From contig JBNIDP010000002.1 of the NCBI GenBank assembly GCA_050108115.1, positions 8,414-72,413 on the forward strand: DNA of 64,000 bases, in the 5' to 3' direction. This document shows, in pieces, positions 1 through 8,285 of this stretch. This stretch comes from Candidatus Bathyarchaeia archaeon (lineage in GTDB: Archaea > Thermoproteota > Bathyarchaeia > Bathyarchaeales > Bathycorpusculaceae). The position numbers were made by a program, and so were the translations under genes. The notes under the pieces are model-generated. The model did no database searches, was not told where the DNA came from, and worked only from the letters and a program-made list of their open reading frames with translations. How positions within the stretch are numbered: the stretch's first letter is position 1; each line of letters begins with the position of its first letter.

Positions 1-1
1 T

Positions 2-187
2 TTTATTTGAGCTTGTGATAAGCATGATTGGTGGGGTTTGTATTGTGTTTTGTTGGTTGTTTATGTGGGTTTTTAGGCCTTCTGTGATTAGGTATTCGAT
101 GAAGTTGCTGCGTTTTTCTCTGCCTCGGATGTTTTCTATTTCTCTGAAGAGTTGTTGGTCCATTGTTATGCTTATGTTATGCTTCAA
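2..187 (-). CDS. Small ribbon-helix-helix (CopG/MetJ-like) protein, 3' end truncated by the window edge
   Basis: Manual translation from TTG at 187: MKHNISITMDQQLFREIENIRGREKRSNFIEYLITEGLK..., which fits the RHH strand-helix-(R/S..I)-helix pattern; not in the ORF track. Confidence 0.65.
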   Translation of the reverse strand, partial: MKHNISITMDQQLFREIENIRGREKRSNFIEYLITEGLKTHINNQQNTIQTPPIMLITSSNK

Positions 188-207
188 ACTGTAAACCTCT
201 TACACTA

Positions 208-224
208 TGTATACCAAGTATACA
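208..224. promoter_or_regulatory. Inverted repeat TGTATAC-caa-GTATACA between divergent RHH genes; candidate operator
   Basis: Perfect 7-bp inverted repeat in the short divergent intergenic region. Confidence 0.4.
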
Positions 225-260
225 GAAAAGACTTATTAGCTTTCCTATCACAAATACACA

Positions 261-698
261 ATGGTAAAACCCATGAAAACTCTGCGAATATCCGACGACG
301 CCCACCAAAAACTAACAGCAATGCTAGGCGAAATCACCGCCCAAACAATGCAAATGCAAACATACACCGACGCCATCGAAAACCTCCTCTCAACAAGCGT
401 AAACCTGCCACCCCAACTGCTAAACGAAACCCAAACCTTCATAGAAAACAACCGCAACCTCGGCTACACCAGCCGCGAAGAATTCATCCGAGACGCCATC
501 CGCACACAACTCCGCTTCGCAAAAGACGACAACACTTACATCGAAATCCCAAAAAATGAATACGAACGCCTACAGCAAGCAATAAAAGATTTAGACACAG
601 GCTACCTAAGCCCCGACGACTTCATAAACCACCAAATCCGAAACCTGCTTGAAAAGCATGACGCTTACCTAAAAGACCGCCAAGAAACCAAACGGTAA
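261..698 (+). CDS. Protein with tandem RHH-like DNA-binding units
   Basis: Three similar units: KTLRISDDAHQKL, SVNLPPQLL...YTSREEFIRDAIR, YIEIPKNEYERL...YLSPDDFINHQIR. Confidence 0.65.
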   Translation: MVKPMKTLRISDDAHQKLTAMLGEITAQTMQMQTYTDAIENLLSTSVNLPPQLLNETQTFIENNRNLGYTSREEFIRDAIRTQLRFAKDDNTYIEIPKNEYERLQQAIKDLDTGYLSPDDFINHQIRNLLEKHDAYLKDRQETKR

Positions 699-826
699 CA
701 AGTAACCTCCCTAAAAAGCCGTTTAACATCAGCTTTTTTGTTTTTAGCGGTGGCTACTTTTATATTAAAGATTCAAAATTCATAACTTCTTTATTAAAAA
801 AAGGGTATGTAAAGTTAAACAGGAGC

Positions 827-1171
827 ATGCTTTGCGTGGCTAAATCAAAACTGGAAATTTATGAGGCGGTGCTAAGGATTCTCTCGGTTGAGCCTTTAAC
901 GCTTGACATTATCGCTTTTGAGGGAAACATGGATTGCATGCTTTTACGTGAAAAACTTGATTTTTTAGTCGAACACGACCTTGTTGAATTAGTATCCTGC
1001 AAAGGAAGAACCGCATACATTATTACTTGCAGAGGAGCAGCAATATATAAGTCATTGACACTTACCAAACGTTTAGCCAAACTGCAAACAAACCTTGAAA
1101 CCGCTACCCATGAAATACAACCAGTTCACGCTTTCCCAGCCGAAGCTTGGAAGGCAAAACGAAAGCTCTAA
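827..1171 (+). CDS. Archaeal winged-helix transcriptional regulator
   Basis: KSKLEIY..IL, L..L...LV, YIIT.RG pattern typical of small archaeal wHTH proteins. Confidence 0.7.
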   Translation: MLCVAKSKLEIYEAVLRILSVEPLTLDIIAFEGNMDCMLLREKLDFLVEHDLVELVSCKGRTAYIITCRGAAIYKSLTLTKRLAKLQTNLETATHEIQPVHAFPAEAWKAKRKL

Positions 1172-1215
1172 CAATAAATTATTAAGAAACGCCCAATTCA
1201 AACTAATAGAACAGC

Positions 1216-2202
1216 ATGCCGCAACCTTCTGAGCAGTCAATTTGGCGTTTAAACCCGCAAGAACTCGTTACCTTTTTAGACTCAAAAACACTAATTCAAA
1301 AAAAACGTCAAATCCACTTTTACGCTCCAAGCTTCACATACTACAAAAGCAGCCTGTTTTGTTCATCACCAAAATCCTTTCCAACAATTTCCGTAACCGG
1401 AACTGGCTGTGCTTTGAAATGTAAACATTGCGAAGGCAAAGTTTTAGCAACAATGCAGCCCGCAGTCACATCTGAAGAACTGTTCAGGTTGTGTTCCAAA
1501 CTAAAAAAAGATGGTGCAGTGGGTTGCCTGATTAGCGGTGGATGCACGATAAATGGGTCAGTTCCACTAAAACCGTTTGCATCAGCGATTGCAAGGGTTA
1601 AACGTGAACTGGGTCTGACAGTTTTTGTTCACACTGGCATTGTAGAGTTGGAAGAGGCTGTTTTGCTTAAACAATCTGGGGTGGATGCAGCGTTAATTGA
1701 CGTTATTGGCTCCCAAGAAACCATTGACAAGGTTTACGGGCTTAACGTTACAGTTCAAGATTATGCTAAATCGCTAAATGCGTTGCAAACGGTTGGCTTA
1801 AGCTTTGTGCCACACGTAATTGTTGGACTAAACGGGGGCAAACTTGACGGCGAACTTGAGGCGTTGCAGATGATTTCTAAGACAAAGCCTTCCGCAGTGG
1901 TTGTCATAGCGTTTATGCCTTTGCATGGAACAGAAATGGCAAACATTTTGCCGCCACAACCATACGACATAGCCCGCGTAGTCGCTTCCGCACGATTAAT
2001 GTTTCCCCAGATTCCTGTGGCTTTGGGTTGTATGCGTCCTAAAGGCAAACAGCGCGCTGTCTTTGACGTGTTGGCGTTAAAAGCTGGCGTTAACGCGGTG
2101 GCTTTCCCAAGTCAAGAAGCCATTGATTATGCAAAAGCTCAAGGTTGGGCTGTTTCTTTTTCGCCTTATTGTTGTGCTAAAATCTATGCTGACTTGCTTT
2201 AA
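1216..2202 (+). CDS. lipS1: Radical SAM protein, biotin-synthase-like; archaeal lipoyl synthase subunit LipS1 type
   Basis: CxxxCxxC (CALKCKHC) plus the GCMR and C-terminal CC motifs described for LipS1. Confidence 0.7.
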   Translation: MPQPSEQSIWRLNPQELVTFLDSKTLIQKKRQIHFYAPSFTYYKSSLFCSSPKSFPTISVTGTGCALKCKHCEGKVLATMQPAVTSEELFRLCSKLKKDGAVGCLISGGCTINGSVPLKPFASAIARVKRELGLTVFVHTGIVELEEAVLLKQSGVDAALIDVIGSQETIDKVYGLNVTVQDYAKSLNALQTVGLSFVPHVIVGLNGGKLDGELEALQMISKTKPSAVVVIAFMPLHGTEMANILPPQPYDIARVVASARLMFPQIPVALGCMRPKGKQRAVFDVLALKAGVNAVAFPSQEAIDYAKAQGWAVSFSPYCCAKIYADLL

Positions 2203-2217
2203 GGCAGCTTTTGCTTG

Positions 2218-2302
2218 TTAAACATTTTTTGACTTGATTTTACGTTATCAGGACCTACCCCTCTATAGTTTCTGCAATGAGTTTCTAATAGGCTCCTAAT
2301 AG
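2218..2302 (-). repeat. Dispersed intergenic repeat, copy 1 (internally shortened, inverted)
   Basis: Reverse complement ctattagg..cctattagaaactcattgcag..ctatagaggggtagg matches 39481-39530 and 57027-57090. Confidence 0.7.
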
Positions 2303-3115
2303 ACTACAGCTTTTTGCACATTTCCGCAGGGTGTGTGGTTTTGGTGGAGTTCTACCGCTTTACAAGTGGATAGTTGAACGCTTTAACAGTTCAAAAGGTT
2401 TTGACGAAGCTTTTATTCCTCCAGAGCGAAATGGCGCGATAGTGGAAAGAGCACACAAGGATTACTTTGATTCCTGGAGAAAGAAAGTTGGGATGTTGTT
2501 ACTGAAGAGTTTTTGGCAAAGATTTGGAAATAACGATGATATTCCCACTTTGGGTCTGCGCAATTTTTAATATGCGTACCTTCATCGTCGAAAATGAAAC
2601 CAACCGATACATCGCTATGTATCCTAAAGACTACTAACCCCTTCGTTTTTTCTTTAAGTCTCCACTCGACTTTTTCTAATTCGGGTTTGCCCAGAAGAGA
2701 TAGACTTTTGTTTGGGAAAACATTCCCACCAGTTTTATCAGTTTACCCAGTTCAGGCAATTTAGCTTTATGCACACTAGTAACATAGTCGGCAACCTTTT
2801 GAAGGGCTGATGGCGGCTAGCCGCAAATTCTCTCCAAAGCGAGTATGCTTGTTCTTATGAACGCTTCTTTGAGTTCCTCGATCTGCTCCGGTTGCCAAGC
2901 TGTCAAGCTTCGCCATGACGTACCGTTCGCTGGCTAAGAGTTGCGAATCAAACCCTAACTCTAAGAGCGCTTTAGAAACGCCGGATATGCTTTTGACTGT
3001 TTGCTGTTGGGCTATTTTCTGCATGCTTGCCTTCTATTGTGGCCCTACTTTGGCATCGAAAAACCTCTAACTTCAAACGAATATACGAAAGAAAGCCTTA
3101 TATGGATTAAAGTGT

Positions 3116-3138
3116 AACAGCTTACAATGTAAGCTGTT
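3116..3138. promoter_or_regulatory. Perfect 11-bp inverted repeat upstream of an HTH gene; candidate autoregulatory operator
   Basis: AACAGCTTACA-a-TGTAAGCTGTT, with a further GCTTACA half-site near 3143. Confidence 0.55.
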
Positions 3139-3159
3139 TGTGGCTTACAGGATTGCAAA

Positions 3160-3645
3160 ATGACGCTGAGCCTTGGATACCTAACCCCTAAGCAGAAAGT
3201 CATCTGGGACCTAAAAAGTAGCGGACTCCAAGAAACCCATATCGCACGAAAATTAAACGTCACCCGCCAAACCGTCCACAAATCCCTCGACATAGCCAAC
3301 CTCAAAATCGGCGACGCCCTCCAAGAAGTCGCCAAAATAAACAAAATCGACATCGAAACCCTCAACGCCCAACGGGGATTCCTCAAAGGATACAGCAACC
3401 ACTTCAAAACCCCCGCATTCGTCACCTTCTCCGCCAAAAACGGCATACAAGTATGGTACAAACACGAAGGCGACTGCGAAAAATGCAAAAAACTCCAAAC
3501 ATGCCGAGACACACTGCTGGCAGAAGCCAAAGACCGCAACTTTTTGCTACTAGATGACACAAGCAAAATGTTGCCATCCAGACTTGCCGAAGCACTTTTC
3601 ACAAAAATAACAGGTGAACAAAATGAGCATACGAAAGAGGATTAA
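3160..3645 (+). CDS. HTH DNA-binding protein with Cys-rich C-terminal part
   Basis: LTPKQ..IW..., IARKLNVTRQTVHK helix-turn-helix; CEKC...C motif. Confidence 0.75.
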   Translation: MTLSLGYLTPKQKVIWDLKSSGLQETHIARKLNVTRQTVHKSLDIANLKIGDALQEVAKINKIDIETLNAQRGFLKGYSNHFKTPAFVTFSAKNGIQVWYKHEGDCEKCKKLQTCRDTLLAEAKDRNFLLLDDTSKMLPSRLAEALFTKITGEQNEHTKED

Positions 3646-4312
3646 AAATCTCACAGATTATTGCCCGCAACCCCAAATGCCCTTAACGATAAGACTGAAA
3701 CGTCATTCTCTACCGATTGCTGTAGCAGTTACAGCCATGCTTGTTCTTTCAATTACCTTCTCAATATTTTACTTGGGTCTTGCATCATACGCATCCCCGC
3801 CTCCAATCATTAACGATTCGAACGTTTCTTTTTATGAGTCGGCATATGCTAAGGCAACAAGTGAGCAGAAGATAGAATTGGACAAAATTATTGCAGACAA
3901 GAGTATTGGTTTGCCTGGGGAATGGAGACGGCCCGTTCTTATCGTAATCGGAGACCTACCGAAAGACCAGCCAAGATTAACCGCTGAACAGGCAGGGGAA
4001 ATATATGACCGTATAGGTAAAGACGAGAGCGCTTTAGAAAGAGAATTCAACAAAATTGCGGGTGCACCGGACTTTGTCGGCGGCAGCGGAATTGAGCGGT
4101 CTATTTACTATCTAAACGACAATAGAACAGACGCTATCTATGTAAGGCTAGGCGATGCATCTCACGTAGTATTTAGTGACGATGGAACTCAAACAAGATT
4201 ACCATTAGGCAACCAGAAACTTCCTGTCAACCCGGGCCCATCAACATCACCACAAGGCACCCCCCAAACGCTTCCTAACATGCCGAGCCCAACGGAAATG
4301 CCTCTTCCTTGA
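3623..4312 (+). CDS. Single-pass membrane hypothetical protein with Pro-rich tail
   Basis: ATG 3623 preceded by GGTGA SD; one hydrophobic helix; overlaps the end of the upstream HTH gene. Confidence 0.65.
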   Translation: MSIRKRIKNLTDYCPQPQMPLTIRLKRHSLPIAVAVTAMLVLSITFSIFYLGLASYASPPPIINDSNVSFYESAYAKATSEQKIELDKIIADKSIGLPGEWRRPVLIVIGDLPKDQPRLTAEQAGEIYDRIGKDESALEREFNKIAGAPDFVGGSGIERSIYYLNDNRTDAIYVRLGDASHVVFSDDGTQTRLPLGNQKLPVNPGPSTSPQGTPQTLPNMPSPTEMPLP

Positions 4313-4665
4313 TAGAAAAATTCACATGATGAATGTGACAGTCATCCCCAAAAAAGGACCCTCAAAAAGAGGGTTTACTTCTTTTTCTTTAGTTTGACTT
4401 CCTCTTCTTTGTCCTCTTTATTTTTGCTAACCTGAGTGAGTAGTATTCGCCGATTCTTTTCTGGTTCAGGGTAGACACCTTCACAATGGTCTGTTTCGTA
4501 TTAAGCTTGCTTAAGTTTATCTAAAGAAAAAGGACATGCCTACAAAACATGAAAGATGTCTTTAATTGTGGGGCAGTTGCGGTTCCGTTACGTTTCCAAC
4601 CGCTTGATACTTTGAAGTACAATAGCCATGCTGGTGATAAGTGGGATCCAAATAGGTTGGTTGTG

Positions 4666-5322
4666 TTAGTTTTTTGAGTTACCTGTTAAGAAAAGGGCAA
4701 ATTTTACGCTGTTTACGTCATTTAAAGTGTATTTTACGTTTACGCTTTCTTTTTCGGCGTTGATTAATCCTGCTTTTTTAAGTTGATTCATCTGCCAAGT
4801 TAACGCCTGAGAAGACACTCCCAAGCTTGCCGCGATGTCCCGGTGAAGCATTGAGGATTTTTGGGATAAAATGTTTAAAATCTGAGCTGTGGTTTGATGT
4901 CTTGTAAGTGAAATTAGCGCCATTTCCTGCTGAGTGTAGCTGTTTTCTTGGAAGTACCTTTTATTTTGCCCGTCAACAACACTTGTAATGTAGCCGTTTT
5001 GTTCAAGCACGTACAAGTGGTACTGCACGACACCCACGGATAAGTCTAAGTTTTCGCAGATGCCTCTAAAATGCACTCCCGGGTTATCTTTTATGTAATT
5101 GTAAATTTCAAGTCTTGTTGGCTGATTAAGCACCTGTGATGAGTTGCTATGTAGACCTGCTGCGGTTGCAAGAGGAACTGAAACAGTTAACCTTTCCAGC
5201 TTGTCAGTTGACTGTTGTAAATCAAAACTTTGCGGCATGTTTGACGCGGACGCCACCGCTATAAACGCAACAGACAAAACAAGCGCCACAAGCAAAATCG
5301 TCAAGGCATTTTTCTGGTTCAA
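4666..5322 (-). CDS. Double winged-helix regulator with N-terminal hydrophobic segment
   Basis: TRLEIYNYIKDNPGVHFRGI...VVQYHLYVLE and a second HTH (HRDIAASLGVSSQALTWQM). Confidence 0.75.
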   Translation of the reverse strand: MNQKNALTILLVALVLSVAFIAVASASNMPQSFDLQQSTDKLERLTVSVPLATAAGLHSNSSQVLNQPTRLEIYNYIKDNPGVHFRGICENLDLSVGVVQYHLYVLEQNGYITSVVDGQNKRYFQENSYTQQEMALISLTRHQTTAQILNILSQKSSMLHRDIAASLGVSSQALTWQMNQLKKAGLINAEKESVNVKYTLNDVNSVKFALFLTGNSKN

Positions 5323-5448
5323 GTGCTATCCTGCAAACGTTTGACCTGCTGCTATTTATCATATTCTGTAAACAGGTGTACTAATGGTAAAATCTTGTAC
5401 CATAAAACCTTTCTTAAAGAAGCGCATAATACAAAAACGGTGAAAACT

Positions 5449-5826
5449 GTGTCTGAATCTCAGATTCAGAAGAAAAAACGTAAAAAACAGCAGTATGCCC
5501 TGTTAGAGCAGGTTCAAGAAGAAACAGAAGAAACCGCAATTCAAAACGCAAAGGAAGTAATGGAAGCACTTGATGAACTGGCAAAACAGGAAACATTACT
5601 TGAAATCCAAGTTTGCCCCAAATGTAAAAGTCCCCGTATTAAAAGGGCAAAAAGCACTGAGGGTGACATGTTGGGTAACATGGGCTTGCAGCAGCCAAAC
5701 TATGAATGTCCCGACTGCGGAGCGCAAGGGCACATCGTAATAAAAGCAACAAACAAACCCTTGACTGTGCGGGAAGTCGAGTTGATTCGAGAAGCTATGG
5801 ATGAAGAAAACGAAGCGGCTGAATAA
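5449..5826 (+). CDS. Zinc-ribbon protein
   Basis: CPKC...CPDC; GTG start at 5449 after GGTGA SD. Confidence 0.6.
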   Translation: MSESQIQKKKRKKQQYALLEQVQEETEETAIQNAKEVMEALDELAKQETLLEIQVCPKCKSPRIKRAKSTEGDMLGNMGLQQPNYECPDCGAQGHIVIKATNKPLTVREVELIREAMDEENEAAE

Positions 5827-5843
5827 GCCGCATTTTTGTTGAT

Positions 5844-6515
5844 TTAGGCTTCGTATTGTGTTGGGTCAGTTACGCCTGCTTCTTTGAAGGCTTTTTTGCG
5901 GTTCACGCAAGACTCACATTTGCCGCAATGTTTTTCGCCATCAAGATAGCATGACCAAGTCAACTCAAAGGGCACACCAAGTTCTGCGCCAACTTTGAGC
6001 ACGTCAGATTTTTTCTTGCCACTGAAAGGTGCAAAAATCGAAATATCCTCTGCAGTGCCTAAACGGGCTGCTTTTTCAAATGCCTCGTAAAACTCGCGCC
6101 TGCAATCTGGATAGAAGGGTTCGTCTGAACCATGGGCGCCATAGAAGATTTTGTCTGCGCCAACTGTTACAGCATAGGCTACCGCTGCGGATAAGAAGAT
6201 GGCGTTACGGAATGGCACGATGATGGGTGCACTGAATTCGCTGGTTAAGGGGATGTCTCGGTTTACAAGGGCTGCTGTTCCGCTAAAAATCTCTTTAAGC
6301 GCTGAGAGGTCAATGACTTTTGTGGATGTGCCCAGTTTTTCTGCTATTTTTTGGGCTGCCTCTGTTTCTTTTACGGCGATTTGTCCGTATTTGAAGGTGA
6401 TTGGGTAGATTTGGTAGCCTTGAGTTTTTGCCCAGTAAGCTACTGTGGCAGAGTCTGGTCCTCCGCTGAGTACGACAACGCATTTTTTAGTTTCGTTCAT
6501 AGAGTTTTGCCTCAT
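5844..6515 (-). CDS. queC: 7-cyano-7-deazaguanine (preQ0) synthase; start may be ATG 6500
   Basis: SGGPDS PP-loop, VPFRNAIFLS, YPDCR, TWSCY...CGKCESC. Confidence 0.95.
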   Translation of the reverse strand: MRQNSMNETKKCVVVLSGGPDSATVAYWAKTQGYQIYPITFKYGQIAVKETEAAQKIAEKLGTSTKVIDLSALKEIFSGTAALVNRDIPLTSEFSAPIIVPFRNAIFLSAAVAYAVTVGADKIFYGAHGSDEPFYPDCRREFYEAFEKAARLGTAEDISIFAPFSGKKKSDVLKVGAELGVPFELTWSCYLDGEKHCGKCESCVNRKKAFKEAGVTDPTQYEA

Positions 6516-7014
6516 TATGTTTTGTTGGAGTTATCCATCGTTGTATGCCTGATTTCTTTAGCAGTTTAAAAATTGGCCAACCGATTAGCACACTTGCAAC
6601 TATGTTTCCAAGTGCGACGTATACGATTGTTTCAATCAGTGGATACCCAAATAGGCTTGACAGCATCCAACCGACTGTTACGCCTAGAACCGCTGAGTAA
6701 GCGATGCATGTTCCAATGACCGTGTAGTCATTGTTAGTTTTCTTGTAAACATAGTAGACGAGAAAAGCCATTATGAATGAAGGTATAGTGTTTAGTAAAT
6801 CGATTGGTCCAACTGGAGAAAAAAGGTTTGCGATAAATACTCCCAATGTGTGTCCTAGAACGCCTGCAAATCCGAGCAGTGGCACAGCGGCAACTAAAGA
6901 ATCTGCTACACGAACTTGAAGTGGTCCATAGGATAATCCTGGAAGAAAAATTACTAACGCAGCGTAAAGTGCGGCGTATACTGATATTAAGGCTAATGTT
7001 TTGGTTTTTTGCAA
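6487..7014 (-). CDS. queT: QueT-family 7-deazaguanine transporter (ECF S-component-like)
   Basis: AALYAAL...SYGPLQVRVAD signature; adjacent to queC; TTG start at 7014 with GGGAGG SD. Confidence 0.8.
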   Translation of the reverse strand: MQKTKTLALISVYAALYAALVIFLPGLSYGPLQVRVADSLVAAVPLLGFAGVLGHTLGVFIANLFSPVGPIDLLNTIPSFIMAFLVYYVYKKTNNDYTVIGTCIAYSAVLGVTVGWMLSSLFGYPLIETIVYVALGNIVASVLIGWPIFKLLKKSGIQRWITPTKHNEAKLYERN

Positions 7015-7080
7015 TTGAATCCTCCCTACCCCGGGTTTTATACTTGGCGGAACGGGTGGGAGACACTCACCCGCCAATTG
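7015..7080 (-). promoter_or_regulatory. Candidate preQ0/preQ1-type riboswitch (H-type pseudoknot masking the SD)
   Basis: Stem UUGGCGG/CCGCCAA; loop UCUCCC-ACCC complementary to GGGU-A-GGGAGG (contains the SD); A-rich linker UAUAAAA; TATA-like element near 7102-7109. Confidence 0.55.
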
Positions 7081-7302
7081 CCAACAACAACTGTTGGGTA
7101 TCATAAAAAGCTTTGCAGACAAAGTTACAGTTGGAATATTTCGGTTATGGAAATACGCCTTATAACTAAAATCAGTCATAATAAGAATCAAGAAAGCTGC
7201 TTAGAAAGAAAGGGGCTAAGCAGCAAAAGAGTTCATGAAAGGAGAAGGCAAATGAACTCAAACGGGAAGAGGGAAAGGGGGAGAAAGGAGAAGGCTAAAA
7301 CA

Positions 7303-7401
7303 ATGAAGTGCCCATCATGCAATACAAAGGTTAGTATAGACCTGAAACGAAAAGAATGCAGTTGTCATCAATGCGGCTGGCGTAAAAACTTAAGCAAATA
7401 A
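7303..7401 (+). CDS. 32-aa zinc-ribbon microprotein
   Basis: MKCPSC...CSCHQCGW; AGGAG SD upstream. Confidence 0.55.
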   Translation: MKCPSCNTKVSIDLKRKECSCHQCGWRKNLSK

Positions 7402-7421
7402 CTCTGTATTTTAACTAGAAA

Positions 7422-7943
7422 CTAAAAAGTTTCTTTATGCACAAACTCAGCAGGCAATCGTCTTGGGCGTTCAGGCGGCGCCTCCGCTGGATACCCAACA
7501 GGAATCATTGCAACCGGACGCATATCTTCTGGCGCGTTAACCACTTTTTTAACATCCTCTTCTTTAAACGCCCCAATCCAGCAGGTACCCAAACCCAAAC
7601 TGCACGCTGCTAACAAAATGTTCTCCGTCACTGCTGCCGTGTCCTGAATGCAATATAAGCTGAGTCCACGGTCGCCATAGCTGTCTTTGGCTTTTTTAAG
7701 GTCTACACAGATAACAAAAACTACCGATGCAGTGTGAATCTGTTTTTGACCAAACGCTGCATACGTTAAACGCTGTTTTTGAGCTTCCTGCTGTACAATA
7801 ACTAACTGGTATGCTTGGGCATTTCCAGCTGTTGGCGCCAATCTGGCCGCTTCAATTAGTTTTTCGACTGTTTCTTCTGAAACGGTTTGGTTTGTAAATT
7901 GTCGAATGCTTCTGCGGTTTTTTATTGCTTCAAAAACTTCCAA
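7422..7943 (-). CDS. Nitroreductase family protein
   Basis: AIKNRRSIRQF, APTAGNAQ, LGLGTCWIGAF. Confidence 0.92.
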   Translation of the reverse strand: MEVFEAIKNRRSIRQFTNQTVSEETVEKLIEAARLAPTAGNAQAYQLVIVQQEAQKQRLTYAAFGQKQIHTASVVFVICVDLKKAKDSYGDRGLSLYCIQDTAAVTENILLAACSLGLGTCWIGAFKEEDVKKVVNAPEDMRPVAMIPVGYPAEAPPERPRRLPAEFVHKETF

Positions 7944-8015
7944 CTCTTAACAACCCTGCTTTAATGTAATAGGTTTGCCCGTAAAAGACTTATCTTTCCT
8001 TGTTTATTTTTCTGC

Positions 8016-8082
8016 TTGGATGATGAGCCTAGAGTCATTGAGCCAAAAGCAGTGATGCCGACTCGACGGGCGAACTGACAAA
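8016..8082 (+). ncRNA. Candidate C/D-box guide sRNA
   Basis: C box ATGATGA (8020), D' TTGA (8038), C' GTGATGC (8052), D box CTGA (8075); intergenic, about 60 nt. Confidence 0.5.
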
Positions 8083-8285
8083 AGGGTGCTGTTCCAATAT
8101 AGCACCTAAAACGTAGACTACTCAAATTTGACTATTATTTATTTGGAACCTGATAGTCGAAGCTAATTCAGGAGAAAATAGTTTTCCAAATTTTAGTTAT
8201 CAAACGTTAAAACTGTATAGAAGTTACTTCTATAAAACTTTAATAGCTCAGTTTTTTGATATATAAGCGAGAAAGGGGAAAAACA

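Noticed and set aside
2331-2570. ORF with YKWIVERFNS, reminiscent of an IS5-family transposase C-terminus
   Set aside because: Only a short motif; no DDE core or terminal repeats visible. At most a relic, so not called.
2776-3024. 82-aa minus-strand ORF
   Set aside because: No recognisable motif; cannot be supported without a homology search.
4389-4484. Short basic minus-strand ORF (about 30 aa)
   Set aside because: No clear SD or motif; two overlapping frames are equally plausible.
7015-7191. 59-aa N-terminal extension of the QueT ORF in the track
   Set aside because: A strong SD precedes TTG 7014 and a TATA-like box lies within the extension; better explained as promoter and leader.
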